A stretch of 64,000 nt of DNA from Candidatus Poribacteria bacterium (GCA_965198175.1 OZ240245.1:608001-672000); one strand, 5' to 3'. Positions 38,680 to 48,623 are shown, numbered from the stretch's first letter. Made by a program: numbers and translations. The notes: a model not told the origin generated them from the sequence alone.

Positions 38680-39981
38680 TTACCGCCGAGGTCTAAACGA
38701 CGGAATTCCTGTTTTATCAAACCGATCCTTGACAGCTCTCATGATTTCCGGCGTAATTTTGAGGTAACCGTGTTCGCGAGCATATTTTTCGACGCTTTTG
38801 GTGACCATCCCCCGTGCAAAGGAGGGAACACGTTGCAATCTTTGTTGTGCAGCATCCGTCCATTGTAACTCGTAGTCAGTTTCAGCGGCAAAGGGGGTAG
38901 TCTTTTCGAACCGAACGTTCTGACCTCCAATTTGTCCCGGTTGGTATTCGCAGGACGCATCCTCAGCGAGATAGTTTCCGGTGAGAGCGTAGGCGCGGGC
39001 GCGGCAACCGCCGCAAACATCCCGAAACTCGCACGCACCGCACTTGCCTTCCAGCAGGTTCCGATCCCGCAGTTCGTTAAAGACCTTCGATTGATTCCAG
39101 AGTGTCGAGAAACTCTCCGTCTTCAGATTCCCGACGCTCACGGGCATGTACGGGCACGGCGTCAAATCGCCTTCAGGGGTGATGCGGCAATAATAGATGC
39201 CGCAGGGACAGGTACCGCTCGGATAGGCTTGCAAGAAGGGCGAATCCGATTCTTGCTCATAGATAACCCGTTTGTAGTGTGGTGCGCACTTTGCCGCGAC
39301 GAGCATCTTGCCACGATATTTTGCCTGTAACTCAAAGAGCGTCGAGAGCATGTGCTCATATTGAGCGGGGGTGATGTCCATCACCGTTTTCCCTCTGCCA
39401 GTTCTCACAAGGAAATAGAGGTTGAACACTTTTGCACCGAGTTCATAAGCGAAATCGACGATTTGCGGAATCTCATCGTAATTCCAGTGCGTCACAGAGG
39501 TCTGCACGAGGAAATCGAGGTTTGCCCGCTTGAGGGCTTCGACTCCGTTCATCGTGCCTTCCCAAGCCCCTTCCATCCCCCGGAATTTGTCGTGATTGAC
39601 CGCGTCCACTGCATCCAAACTGATGCCTGCGCCAGCAACACCGTGATCGCTCATCCTCTGAACCGTTTCATCGTTCAACAGGACGCCGTTTGTGCCCATC
39701 ACCACCAAGAATCCGGTTCGAGCCGCGTAATCTGAGATTGTCAGGATGTCAGGACGCAGCAACGGTTCGCCACCTGTGAGAATCAGGAGAATATTGGTAT
39801 TGATTTCGGCAATCTCATCAATCACGCGGAAGCACTCGGATTGCGTCAGCTCCGCATCTCGATAATACCCGTTCGGAAACTCGTTCGTATCCACAAACCC
39901 GGCGGGGAGATAGCAGTGTGTACATTTGAGGTTGCATAGCCGTGTGATATTCCATGAAACGGCTTGGATTTTCGTTTCCAT
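38680..39981 (-). CDS. Radical SAM/SPASM protein (AhbD/NirJ-like haem synthase) with C-terminal PCP_red-like module
   Basis: CNLKCTHC, TGGEPLLR, CAPH, CPCG, PCPY, KCGACEFRDVCGGCRARAY...C; tail WTDAAQQRLQRVPSFARGM. Confidence 0.85.
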   Translation of the reverse strand: METKIQAVSWNITRLCNLKCTHCYLPAGFVDTNEFPNGYYRDAELTQSECFRVIDEIAEINTNILLILTGGEPLLRPDILTISDYAARTGFLVVMGTNGVLLNDETVQRMSDHGVAGAGISLDAVDAVNHDKFRGMEGAWEGTMNGVEALKRANLDFLVQTSVTHWNYDEIPQIVDFAYELGAKVFNLYFLVRTGRGKTVMDITPAQYEHMLSTLFELQAKYRGKMLVAAKCAPHYKRVIYEQESDSPFLQAYPSGTCPCGIYYCRITPEGDLTPCPYMPVSVGNLKTESFSTLWNQSKVFNELRDRNLLEGKCGACEFRDVCGGCRARAYALTGNYLAEDASCEYQPGQIGGQNVRFEKTTPFAAETDYELQWTDAAQQRLQRVPSFARGMVTKSVEKYAREHGYLKITPEIMRAVKDRFDKTGIPSFRPRR

Positions 39982-40015
39982 CTATCCCTTTCCCAACAGC
40001 GATTCTCTCGATTGA

Positions 40016-40519
40016 CTAACCCGCTCTCAAACTCAAAGCCAATGCGAGCACGACCATCCCTGAAATAATCGTCAAGAGTGCACAGATATTGGTTCGTCTT
40101 TCTAGCTTCACGATTGAAGGGGGAACTGTACTGTCATCAGGCTTCAAATCCGCGAGATTTGCCTGTAGCCCCCTTCCGAACACTGAGATGTATAAGCTGT
40201 GAAACAAAACCATCAATGCGACGAAGCCCATTTTGACGGTGAAGCGCACAACATAGTCCGGCGAGAACTCCATCCTCGTATTCAACCCAACAATGAAGAA
40301 GTTCATTACCCCTGTTATGAGCACCACATGAATTGCAACACGGATAATGATACGCAGGCGATCTCGAATCGCAGCGATGTGTTGAATGCTTTCAACGATT
40401 TGAAAATGCTTCCTCAGAATCGGAGTAGCGACGCTGACTGAAAAAAAGATTCCGCAAAACCAAACGATTGCAGCAATGAGGTGTATCCAGCGTATGAAAA
40501 GTTCGACGATTTGGCGCAT
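40016..40519 (-). CDS. CopD-like four-TM membrane protein
   Basis: RWIHLIAAIVWFCG, LITG, K..F; hydrophobic helices. Confidence 0.65.
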   Translation of the reverse strand: MRQIVELFIRWIHLIAAIVWFCGIFFSVSVATPILRKHFQIVESIQHIAAIRDRLRIIIRVAIHVVLITGVMNFFIVGLNTRMEFSPDYVVRFTVKMGFVALMVLFHSLYISVFGRGLQANLADLKPDDSTVPPSIVKLERRTNICALLTIISGMVVLALALSLRAG

Positions 40520-40666
40520 GAATAAGTGTGCCGCGAAACGCAGGGGAGTATCTGCGGAATATGATGAATACAATTTTCCGAATGAAATGTTGCTTCTTTA
40601 TGCCTCATATGGTTCTATCGACGCATGTGTGAGAAGAACCTATTCCGTTTTCACTGTGATAAACTC

Positions 40667-41185
40667 CTACATCCCAAAGTTACCACGTGCAGAATTCATC
40701 ACTTCGGTAGTGATTTCGGTGTGTCCATTTTCGCTAGCAAACTCTTCGATGCTAGTCTTTGCCATCGGGCGGACGAAACTCGGCACGCGCTCCAAACGCG
40801 CTAATGCTTCCGGTGTCCATACCGGCCCGGTCGATTCTGTCTCTTGAAACGCGTCTGCGACAACCGATGTAAACGGACACTTGCCGCCTTCCGCCTCGGG
40901 CGTCATTGTTGCGGTTGTTTGAGGAATATGATCTGATCCAACGGTTTCTTCCGCCTGCTCATTTAGAAAGGACCGTACCATCTGCATCGGTGGCGCCGCT
41001 TCGCTTCTGCCTCCGAGCTGAACATTGAGTGACTTCAGCATTTGGGTTTCCCACGGGTTCATGTGCATTGCGAACTCAGCAAAACAATCCGGACACTCGA
41101 AGATTGCCGTTAATGACCCTTGTTCGGGCTTTGTGGCTTCCTTAAACTGCATGGCGGTGTTACATTCGAGGCATAAGAATTTCAT
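40667..41185 (-). CDS. Zn-ribbon protein with C-terminal PCP_red-like module
   Basis: CLEC...CPDC, KCPF, tail WTPEALARLERVPSFVRPMAK. Confidence 0.8.
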   Translation of the reverse strand: MKFLCLECNTAMQFKEATKPEQGSLTAIFECPDCFAEFAMHMNPWETQMLKSLNVQLGGRSEAAPPMQMVRSFLNEQAEETVGSDHIPQTTATMTPEAEGGKCPFTSVVADAFQETESTGPVWTPEALARLERVPSFVRPMAKTSIEEFASENGHTEITTEVMNSARGNFGM

Positions 41186-42099
41186 GGGTTACTCCGTAGC
41201 TTATTTGCAGTTTTGTTATCAAAACACGTCTCGATTTTTTTCCCAACTTCGATTATCGCCTTTCCGGCTGGTGTTTCAGCGTTGTGCTCTAGAAAGTTTG
41301 TGCCGTCATCGGCGGCGATTGAAATACGCGGATCGAACGGAACTTTGGCGAGTAACGGAATGTTGAACTGATGCGCCGTCTCCTCCGTATTCCCGGTTGG
41401 GAACAAGTCTTCCGTTTTGCCGCAACTGGCACAGATGTATGCACTCATATTTTCGATGATGCCTATTACCGGTATGTGGGGCAATTTCTTTGCCATCGTC
41501 AGCGATTTTTTCACGACAAGCTGCGAGACCCCAGAAGGAATTGTGACCACGATGATGCCACCGAGCGTCGGTAGTAGATCGACGAGATTCGGCAAACGGT
41601 CTGAGCCGGGCGGAAGATCGATAAGCAGATAATCAAGCGCGCCCCATTCAGTATCAGATAGAAATTCGCGGAGGGCGGTCACCTCCATCGTCCCACGCCA
41701 AGTGAATGCGTCCTTCTGCGTCTGGGCTTCCCAGAGAACAGGGGTTTCGTCGTTCTTAAGGAACAGATCCATCGACATCACCTTGACGCCCAATGGATTC
41801 ACCGCAGGTTTCACACCATCAGCGTCGTAATTAATCTGTGCCGACCTCACGCCCATCATTTTGGCGATCGACGGTCCATTGATGTCAGCGTCAACTACTC
41901 CAACATTGTGTCCACGCAATCCAAGCGCTGCAGCGAGATTCGCCGTCATCAAACTCTTACCTACGCCGCCCTTTCCACTCATGATGGCAACAGTATGACG
42001 AACTGACGCGAGTCGCTTTTGTAGGCGGATGGCTTGTTGAGTCACTTGCCCAACGATGTCAGAACCGCCGTCGGCGGGTAAGTCTTTGTAGGTTTTCAT
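41182..42099 (-). CDS. Mrp/NBP35/ApbC family P-loop ATPase (Fe-S/metal carrier)
   Basis: SGKGGVGKS, DADINGPS, WRG, DYLLIDLPPG, ENMS...CASC. Confidence 0.9.
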   Translation of the reverse strand: MKTYKDLPADGGSDIVGQVTQQAIRLQKRLASVRHTVAIMSGKGGVGKSLMTANLAAALGLRGHNVGVVDADINGPSIAKMMGVRSAQINYDADGVKPAVNPLGVKVMSMDLFLKNDETPVLWEAQTQKDAFTWRGTMEVTALREFLSDTEWGALDYLLIDLPPGSDRLPNLVDLLPTLGGIIVVTIPSGVSQLVVKKSLTMAKKLPHIPVIGIIENMSAYICASCGKTEDLFPTGNTEETAHQFNIPLLAKVPFDPRISIAADDGTNFLEHNAETPAGKAIIEVGKKIETCFDNKTANKLRSNP

Positions 42100-42189
42100 A
42101 AGATACACTAGGTCAACCGTTATGCGCCAACTTGAGTATGTGGAATCTAGCCCCAACCTACAACTAGTCTATCCCTCGTGTGTTGGCGG

Positions 42190-43473
42190 TTACTCCCCAT
42201 CTCCAATGGCATACAGCGCCTTATAGCTACGAAGGTAAAGCCTACCGTTCGAGACGACAGGCGACGCAGAGATAGCCTCTTCAATATCATTGGAGGCAAG
42301 AATCTCAAAATTTCGCCCAGCCTTTACAACGGTTACACGTCCATCTCTCGCCGTCAAATAGATGTTGCCGTCACTACTAACTGGTGATGCACGATGCCTG
42401 TGACGGTGTGTCCGCTCTTTGTACACTTGATTGCCGGTCGCAGCGTCTATGCAGATTAGATCGCCATTTTCCCGGCAGAGATAAACAAGTCCATCGTGGA
42501 TGAGTGGGGACGGAACATCCGGGGTGCCATCCTCTCGCATCCAGTGGTACCATTGTTTGGAGTCGGTTATATCCCCCTTGCCGTCCGGACGCAGACCGAT
42601 GACCGGTCCATTCTTCGCAGAAGGAACGACGACGAGACCGGGGACCGCCACAGGCGAGGCAACAAACCGCAGGGAGGTGTTGTAACTATCTTTAGGATTG
42701 AGGTTACCACAGCGCCAGATCTCGCTTCCGTCCGTGAGGCGGTGGGCGGTGAGGTAGTCCGCACCGTGAACGAGCAAGAATTCTCGTTTATCGTCTCGAT
42801 AGAGGAAAGGCGAGGCGTAAGAATGCTCGCACTCTGCGTAAGCATCGCTTTTCCGTCTGTGCTTCCAAATCTCACGCCCGGTCGATTTTTCCAATGCAAG
42901 CACAAGCCATGCACCGCTGTGTATGAGCTGGAGATAGAGCTGGTCGCTGTCAAGGAGCGGGGTGGACGCCATCACGAAGTAGAGTTTGAAGCTGCCATAC
43001 CGATCTTCGAGATTAGTCTTCCAAACCTCGACCCCGTCAAAGTCATAGCAGGCTAAGACCCCAGTGCTGACAAATGCCCAGACATGTTGACCGTCGGTAG
43101 AAGGAGAAGGGGAGGCGGCGTTTGCCTCGCCGCCGCGGACGACACGATTTCCAGTTCCCAAGGTGCGTTTCCAGAGAACCTTGCTATCCGTTCTGATGCA
43201 CAACAGCACCAGATCATCGCCTTCGGTTGAGGTCAGGAAGATGCGGTCGTCCCACACGACCGGTGTAGCACCAGCGGGACCCGGAAGCGGAAGTCGCCAA
43301 AGAACGTTCTCAGTCTTACTCCATTGGACTGGAAGACCAGATTCGAGACTTGTGCCGTCATTACGCGGTCCCCGCCAATTTTGCCAGTTTTCCGCTACAG
43401 CAGCCCCCATAACGGAAAGGAGAAGGACACCGAGTATTACAGTCGACAACCGTGTTTTGCGTGTTTTGCTCAT
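42190..43473 (-). CDS. PQQ-like beta-propeller repeat protein, secreted
   Basis: Signal peptide, NWQNWRGP, repeated W..LPG/ASP/SP blades, LYLRS...LYAIG. Confidence 0.85.
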   Translation of the reverse strand: MSKTRKTRLSTVILGVLLLSVMGAAVAENWQNWRGPRNDGTSLESGLPVQWSKTENVLWRLPLPGPAGATPVVWDDRIFLTSTEGDDLVLLCIRTDSKVLWKRTLGTGNRVVRGGEANAASPSPSTDGQHVWAFVSTGVLACYDFDGVEVWKTNLEDRYGSFKLYFVMASTPLLDSDQLYLQLIHSGAWLVLALEKSTGREIWKHRRKSDAYAECEHSYASPFLYRDDKREFLLVHGADYLTAHRLTDGSEIWRCGNLNPKDSYNTSLRFVASPVAVPGLVVVPSAKNGPVIGLRPDGKGDITDSKQWYHWMREDGTPDVPSPLIHDGLVYLCRENGDLICIDAATGNQVYKERTHRHRHRASPVSSDGNIYLTARDGRVTVVKAGRNFEILASNDIEEAISASPVVSNGRLYLRSYKALYAIGDGE

Positions 43474-43635
43474 AGGATAACGCCTCCCAATTTCCTATAC
43501 AGTCCGCTCAACTGGAGAAGAGCAAAATTGTAGAAAAAACTTTTTGGGTGATCAATTCAAAAGAACTGAACCACATTCGGAGTACACTTCAAGGCTTGGT
43601 TGGAAAGAATTCAAAGTCGATGGAACTTTTTTACC

Positions 43636-45564
43636 TCAGTTTGTTTCAACCTCTACCTCATCTGTCTGCTCAACCTGTTGATAATAGTTGCCAAGCACCT
43701 CGTTAGCCAGACTCCGTCCGTCCTCAATCACCTGCGCTGCAAATTCGAGGTTGATTGTTGCGAGGTTCGCTTCCTGTGCTCGCTGCTCGACGCGCGATTG
43801 CGTGATGTTCCGCATAAAGCCAGTGGGAACGATATTCAATCGCTCGCGGGCATCCGCTGTCCATTCAAACGGACTTTCAATTGTTTCCCCCTGGGAAGTA
43901 TTGTCGGGTTCACGAGACTGAGAGACCGCCCTTAGTTCAGGTGCGTCTTCACGGATGGCAGAAGCGTCTTCCATACTCTCGCTGACAATCCGCATGGCGA
44001 ACTCGTTAGTGATGGTGTCTATCTTCTGCGTCCGTGCCGATTTTTCGATTCTCGCCTTGACATTGCGCCGCATGTAACCGCGCGGAACGATCCGCAACGC
44101 CTTCTTTGCCTGATCTGACCACTGGAGGCGAACACCATCGAAGGTCTGTTCCTCACTAGCGCCGCCCTCCAGATCTGCAATTTTCTGGAGCGAGTCTTTA
44201 TCAACCATCTGGAAATGGTCACCGCCGACGCCGCAGACCGGACATTTCACAGGCTGCTGATCGCTGGCGGCATAGCCACAATCTTCACAGATGTAAGTTT
44301 TGACTGCATTGGCTTCCTGCAACGTCTGTGTCGCAACCTCTTTGGCGACTCTCGTCATCCGTTGTGCGGAACGCCCCGGCATAAACGTCTCCATTGCGCC
44401 CTCAATGACGCTTTCGGTAATTACCGAATGCCCGCGCTCAAGCGCAAAGCGATGCACTGCCGTTCTAGCAATTCCTTGAATAAGCGGCGGTGCTTTCTCC
44501 ATACGATCTAAGGCGTCCTGCGTCCAAACGATAGTCTCTTCTGCTTTGACATCAACCTTGGGGACATACCGTTGGCTCGCTAATAGGACGTTGCAAGGGG
44601 CAAGCCGCAACAAGTTTTCGGTGTTACTGCCGATGTCCATCTCAGATTCACTGTGCACACCGATTCGACCAAGCACCAACAACCACGGCTCGGTCTTCCG
44701 CGTATATTGCAAGATTTTTTCAAAGGCTTTGCCGTCAAGCAAGGTAATCTTGAGATCGTAGCTGTGATCTTCTTTAGCAATTGTGCGCGCGACCTCTAGA
44801 TGGGACTGATAAATCTTGGCAAGCCCGGTGTCGATTACCTCCTCGTGTAACTGCTCCTGCTCTTTGAATCGAAAGGTTTTGGATGCGCGTTCCGTCAACA
44901 CATTGACGACTGAGTTAAATACCACATAGTGAAGATAGGGATCGTAGACACCGACAGCCTCAACGTGTCGATTAAATGCTTTCCCGATTTGAATCGCTGT
45001 TTTCAATCCCGCAAAGGACTCAGGACTGCCATCAATGCCCACGAGAATATGCCCACGCTGTTCTTCGATGGGCTGGATGTTTCTGACCACTAGTACATCG
45101 GTTTGGATTCGGCGGACAACCCGCTCGCACACACCGCCGAGTAGACTGTCTTTGACGGCTCCCATACCAAGAGCGCCCATAATCACCAAATCGTAGTTGC
45201 TAGCCCGAATATCCTCCACCAGCTTGATGAAATGCTTACCCTCCGGCATTTTTGCTTCAAAAGGGATATTTTCTTTCAAACATTTTTTCTGCATGACATC
45301 AAGATACGAATCCGAGATAAGTTGAAGCCCCATCGTAATCAAGGTGTCATGGATGCGGCGCTGCTTTTCGAGTTCAACTTCGTCTTGATATTCCTCAGGT
45401 AGAGTGTACTCCATCTGTTTGAAGCGAACATCGTGCATCTTCGCCGCGTAGACATGAGAGCCAACCAGTTGGGAGGCGAATTTCTTGGCAAACGCGATCG
45501 CGAGATCGACACTCGCATCAGAATAATCCGAATTGTCAACAGGCACATGGATTTTCTTAAACAT
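43636..45564 (-). CDS. Tandem universal stress protein domains + rubredoxin-like Zn site + three PCP_red-like modules
   Basis: USP motifs KIHVPVD...LLGGVCERVV and ILVGIDGS...IGSNTENLL; CEDC...CPVC; three W(T/S)..A...P....R modules; RBS AAGGAG. Confidence 0.85.
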   Translation of the reverse strand: MFKKIHVPVDNSDYSDASVDLAIAFAKKFASQLVGSHVYAAKMHDVRFKQMEYTLPEEYQDEVELEKQRRIHDTLITMGLQLISDSYLDVMQKKCLKENIPFEAKMPEGKHFIKLVEDIRASNYDLVIMGALGMGAVKDSLLGGVCERVVRRIQTDVLVVRNIQPIEEQRGHILVGIDGSPESFAGLKTAIQIGKAFNRHVEAVGVYDPYLHYVVFNSVVNVLTERASKTFRFKEQEQLHEEVIDTGLAKIYQSHLEVARTIAKEDHSYDLKITLLDGKAFEKILQYTRKTEPWLLVLGRIGVHSESEMDIGSNTENLLRLAPCNVLLASQRYVPKVDVKAEETIVWTQDALDRMEKAPPLIQGIARTAVHRFALERGHSVITESVIEGAMETFMPGRSAQRMTRVAKEVATQTLQEANAVKTYICEDCGYAASDQQPVKCPVCGVGGDHFQMVDKDSLQKIADLEGGASEEQTFDGVRLQWSDQAKKALRIVPRGYMRRNVKARIEKSARTQKIDTITNEFAMRIVSESMEDASAIREDAPELRAVSQSREPDNTSQGETIESPFEWTADARERLNIVPTGFMRNITQSRVEQRAQEANLATINLEFAAQVIEDGRSLANEVLGNYYQQVEQTDEVEVETN

Positions 45565-45579
45565 CGTCGCTTCTCCTTG

Positions 45580-45685
45580 ACTGTCGGTTAACACTATCGA
45601 TCAAGCGAACGGATTTAGTAATGGGTAATACGTAACGCATTACCCATTACTAAGACTATCGCCTTCGCTATTCGCTCAGTTGATC
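45580..45685. repeat. Rearranged GATC palindrome copy carrying a 15-bp perfect hairpin
   Basis: Loop fragment ACTGTCGGTTAACACTATC; left end GATCAAGCGAACGGAT; TTAGTAATGGGTAAT/ATTACCCATTACTAA stem; right arm GACTATCGCCTTCGCTATTCGCTCAGTTGATC. Confidence 0.75.
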
Positions 45686-45732
45686 GTTTGATCCTTCTCC
45701 AATCGATTATTATCAACTGACGAATTATAATT

Positions 45733-46023
45733 TCAACTTCCAAGGCTCAATCCCGACATCGCATCCCGCTTTTTCTGCTGGTGCCGACCCCAGAGTCCGC
45801 CCAGGATATGCCCAAGTATTGCCGCTGAAAAGAGATAGAGCACCCCGTCCCAATCCCAGTGCAGGATGAAGCGGCGGAGGATTATGTTAATAAGGATGGG
45901 GATGTAGATACACCGTCCCCAAGGGCGGGTAAACCGCTTGTAACGAACACGAAAAAATCCGAACGGCAGATTGATAATCAAAACTGCCAGTGAAACACCG
46001 AGGAGCATTGCATCAAGATTCAC
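45733..46023 (-). CDS. Small membrane protein
   Basis: INLPFGFFR...W...IYIPI; three TMs; overlaps the SCO stop. Confidence 0.7.
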   Translation of the reverse strand: MNLDAMLLGVSLAVLIINLPFGFFRVRYKRFTRPWGRCIYIPILINIILRRFILHWDWDGVLYLFSAAILGHILGGLWGRHQQKKRDAMSGLSLGS

Positions 46024-46673
46024 CGTTCGAGGAGTAATTGCGGTATGTCTCGGCGAAGTTTTTGAAGCGCCTCATCTTCATTGCTATCGTAGTAGCCACG
46101 TATTTGTCCACGATGATCGACTAAGACAAACCGAGCACTATGAAGAACTTCGGATTCTTGCTGCCCGATGGCTAAGCCGAAGCCTTCTTGTGTGAGGTGA
46201 TAGATAACTTTCTTTTCTCCTGTTAGAAAAAACCATCTGTTTCCATCTACGCCGAAGCGATTAGCATACCGAAGGAGAACATCCGGCGTGTCATATTCTG
46301 GATCGACAGAGAACGAGACGAAGTAAATACCTGACTCCACAAATTCTTCCTGAAGCCTCTTCATCTTAACTGTCATCAACGGGCAAGCCGCAACGCAGCG
46401 TGTGAAGATAAAATCCGCAACCCAAATTTTGCCGTGGAGGTCTGATAATGCAAGTGGGGCACCTCGCAGATCAATCAAAGAGAAATCAGGCACTTGGCGA
46501 TGGACAGCAAGATCTGATTCGGTATTCGCACCTAAGTCTTGATGGAGTGATGACCAGATATTGGCACCAACAATGCCGACGATGACAGCAATCAACGCCC
46601 CCCACAATAGTCCATGTCGAAGACGTTCTCTCGGTTTAGGGTTCTGTTCCGGAGATTGTACTTTTGCTTCCAT
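46020..46673 (-). CDS. SCO1/SenC copper chaperone
   Basis: N-terminal TM, FIFTRCVAACP (CxxxC), SVDPEYD, HSARFVLVD. Confidence 0.93.
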   Translation of the reverse strand: MEAKVQSPEQNPKPRERLRHGLLWGALIAVIVGIVGANIWSSLHQDLGANTESDLAVHRQVPDFSLIDLRGAPLALSDLHGKIWVADFIFTRCVAACPLMTVKMKRLQEEFVESGIYFVSFSVDPEYDTPDVLLRYANRFGVDGNRWFFLTGEKKVIYHLTQEGFGLAIGQQESEVLHSARFVLVDHRGQIRGYYDSNEDEALQKLRRDIPQLLLER

Positions 46674-46713
46674 AGGCGTATTTGGAACTAGGCTGAGTAC
46701 TTAGGAATTCGCG

Positions 46714-47046
46714 TCAATGAGAGGTTTCAACAGTATGAGAAGCGGAGGTTGTCATTCCCGTATGACGATCCCCTGCCATCAGATCCGGAAGTAGCATAAA
46801 CACGAGAAAAACGCAGATGATAAACGGTGTCAATGCAATGGCTGTCAAGGTTTTCTGCTCAAATTTCAGGTGCATAAAAAAGAGTGCGACATAAGCTGCC
46901 TTAGAACAAGCCATACCAATCAGCAGGAGCGCGGTCACAATCGTTGGAAAAGGCAGGTAAACGACGACAACTTCAGCGATGGTGAGTATGATAAGAATCA
47001 CAAATATTCTCATGTATTTCGGGTGTTCTTTATGAGCGTGTTCCAT
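46714..47046 (-). CDS. ctaF: Cytochrome c oxidase subunit IV
   Basis: LTIAEV, KAAYVALFFMHLKFE. Confidence 0.85.
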   Translation of the reverse strand: MEHAHKEHPKYMRIFVILIILTIAEVVVVYLPFPTIVTALLLIGMACSKAAYVALFFMHLKFEQKTLTAIALTPFIICVFLVFMLLPDLMAGDRHTGMTTSASHTVETSH

Positions 47047-47066
47047 CTTGATTCTCCATTCGGCGA

Positions 47067-47693
47067 TTACAATAGATAGACAAAAGTAAAGACCATGATC
47101 CAGACAAGGTCAACGAAGTGCCAATATAGCCCCAAAATCTCGACTTTGTGGTTATACGCTGCTGTGTACGTTCCCCGCAGCCCCTGAATCAAGATAACGG
47201 TAAGGTAGATGACCCCGCCGGTGACGTGGGCACCGTGGAAACCTGTAATCGTGTAAAAGGTTGGACCGAAAAGCGTGGAACCGGAAAATCCATGCGGAAG
47301 CGTGGTGAAGGTGAGACCGTGTGTGATCAGGTGCGTCCATTCATACGCTTGCAGTCCCAAAAAGATTAGTCCACCCAGAATGGTCAAACCGAGGTAGGTA
47401 CACATTTTCGATTGGTTACCGTTCTGAATGGATTCGAGGGCTTTGACCATTGTGACACTACTACAGATTAACAGAAAAGTCATACCTGCTGTGAGGTTAA
47501 TGCCTAGCACTTCGGATGGTGCCGCCCACTCCGCCGCACTAGCTCGGATAGCGCCGTAAGCAGCCAGTAAAGCGCCAAACGACATCGCATCGCTAATAAG
47601 AAAGAGCCACATCCCCAACTTGCCCAGACTGTCCGGTGTTAGGGATGGTTCGTAGACATCAGCAGAATGATCGAGTGTTGTAGTTTCTTCCAA
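47067..47693 (-). CDS. ctaE: Cytochrome c oxidase subunit III
   Basis: GMWLFLISD, TGFHGAHV, GLYWHFVDLVW. Confidence 0.92.
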   Translation of the reverse strand: MEETTTLDHSADVYEPSLTPDSLGKLGMWLFLISDAMSFGALLAAYGAIRASAAEWAAPSEVLGINLTAGMTFLLICSSVTMVKALESIQNGNQSKMCTYLGLTILGGLIFLGLQAYEWTHLITHGLTFTTLPHGFSGSTLFGPTFYTITGFHGAHVTGGVIYLTVILIQGLRGTYTAAYNHKVEILGLYWHFVDLVWIMVFTFVYLL

Positions 47694-47696
47694 TTT

Positions 47697-47951
47697 TCAC
47701 ACTCCTTTCATATTTGAAGGTGGTTTATGATTATTGGTCCGATTTGTGTGTTTGTATATGTAGAATACGCTACCGCCAATCAGACCGGAAACGAGATAAG
47801 GCATCGCCATAAGGAATAAAATACTCCACTTAAAACCTTGAACTATTGGGTCATCAATCATTTTACATGAGGGACACGCATTGCCAATGGCTGGATCAAC
47901 CAGAGTAATAACCAGCGCTGCGAATAACAATAGGACGTATTGACGCATCAC
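47697..47951 (-). CDS. Small CxxC membrane protein of cox operons
   Basis: Signal/TM, ACPSC, SILFLMAMPY. Confidence 0.7.
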   Translation of the reverse strand: MMRQYVLLLFAALVITLVDPAIGNACPSCKMIDDPIVQGFKWSILFLMAMPYLVSGLIGGSVFYIYKHTNRTNNHKPPSNMKGV

Positions 47952-47963
47952 AAAAACCTCTTT

Positions 47964-48569
47964 TCAGATGAGATACACAAGAATATAAAGAATGGGCCAC
48001 AACAACACAACAAACGCCCAGTAAATAGTGCAGACTTCAACACCAACATGGTAATTAACTGAAAACCGACCGGCTATCGCTCCAGCGAAAACAGCTAACA
48101 GCCAAAAGACTGCGACCAGAACGTGCAGTGCATGACAACCGATGAGGACATAGAAGATTGAGCCGTATATTCCGGACGAAAGCGTGAATCCATGATGCGC
48201 CAAGCGAACCCATTCCGAACCTTGCACAACAAGGAAAATGACGCCAAGGAGCCCCGTGACGAAGAGCCTGTTTCTGAGTTCTTTCTGACGGTCTTGCCGA
48301 ATAGCTCGCAGTGCATGAAACATTGTGTAGCCGCTCAAGAGCAGGACGACTGTATTCAGTCCTGTCACGACAATGGGCAAACGAACATCAACCTGCGAGG
48401 GCGGGGGCCAGGTCGTACTCCCCAAACGAAACACAAGGAATGTCCCAATCAGCCCTGCGAAAAACATGATTTCGGCACCCAAGAGTACCAATACGGCTAA
48501 ACGCGCATTGCTTATGGGTCTATTTTCTCCTTCGGTGCCTGCGTATGATGTGCGTTCTAATTCATCCAT
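47964..48569 (-). CDS. Cytochrome c oxidase subunit III family (second, divergent)
   Basis: EIMFFAG, GCHALHV, YWAFVVLLW. Confidence 0.88.
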   Translation of the reverse strand: MDELERTSYAGTEGENRPISNARLAVLVLLGAEIMFFAGLIGTFLVFRLGSTTWPPPSQVDVRLPIVVTGLNTVVLLLSGYTMFHALRAIRQDRQKELRNRLFVTGLLGVIFLVVQGSEWVRLAHHGFTLSSGIYGSIFYVLIGCHALHVLVAVFWLLAVFAGAIAGRFSVNYHVGVEVCTIYWAFVVLLWPILYILVYLI

Positions 48570-48623
48570 CGGAAATAAAGCGTGAAACGTAAAAAACGAA
48601 GAAATCCAAGTTATTATTACGCT

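Noticed and set aside
38143..45564. PCP_red modules as evidence of (bacterio)chlorophyll synthesis
   Set aside because: No BchN/BchB catalytic domains or other bch genes are present; only the small terminal module occurs.
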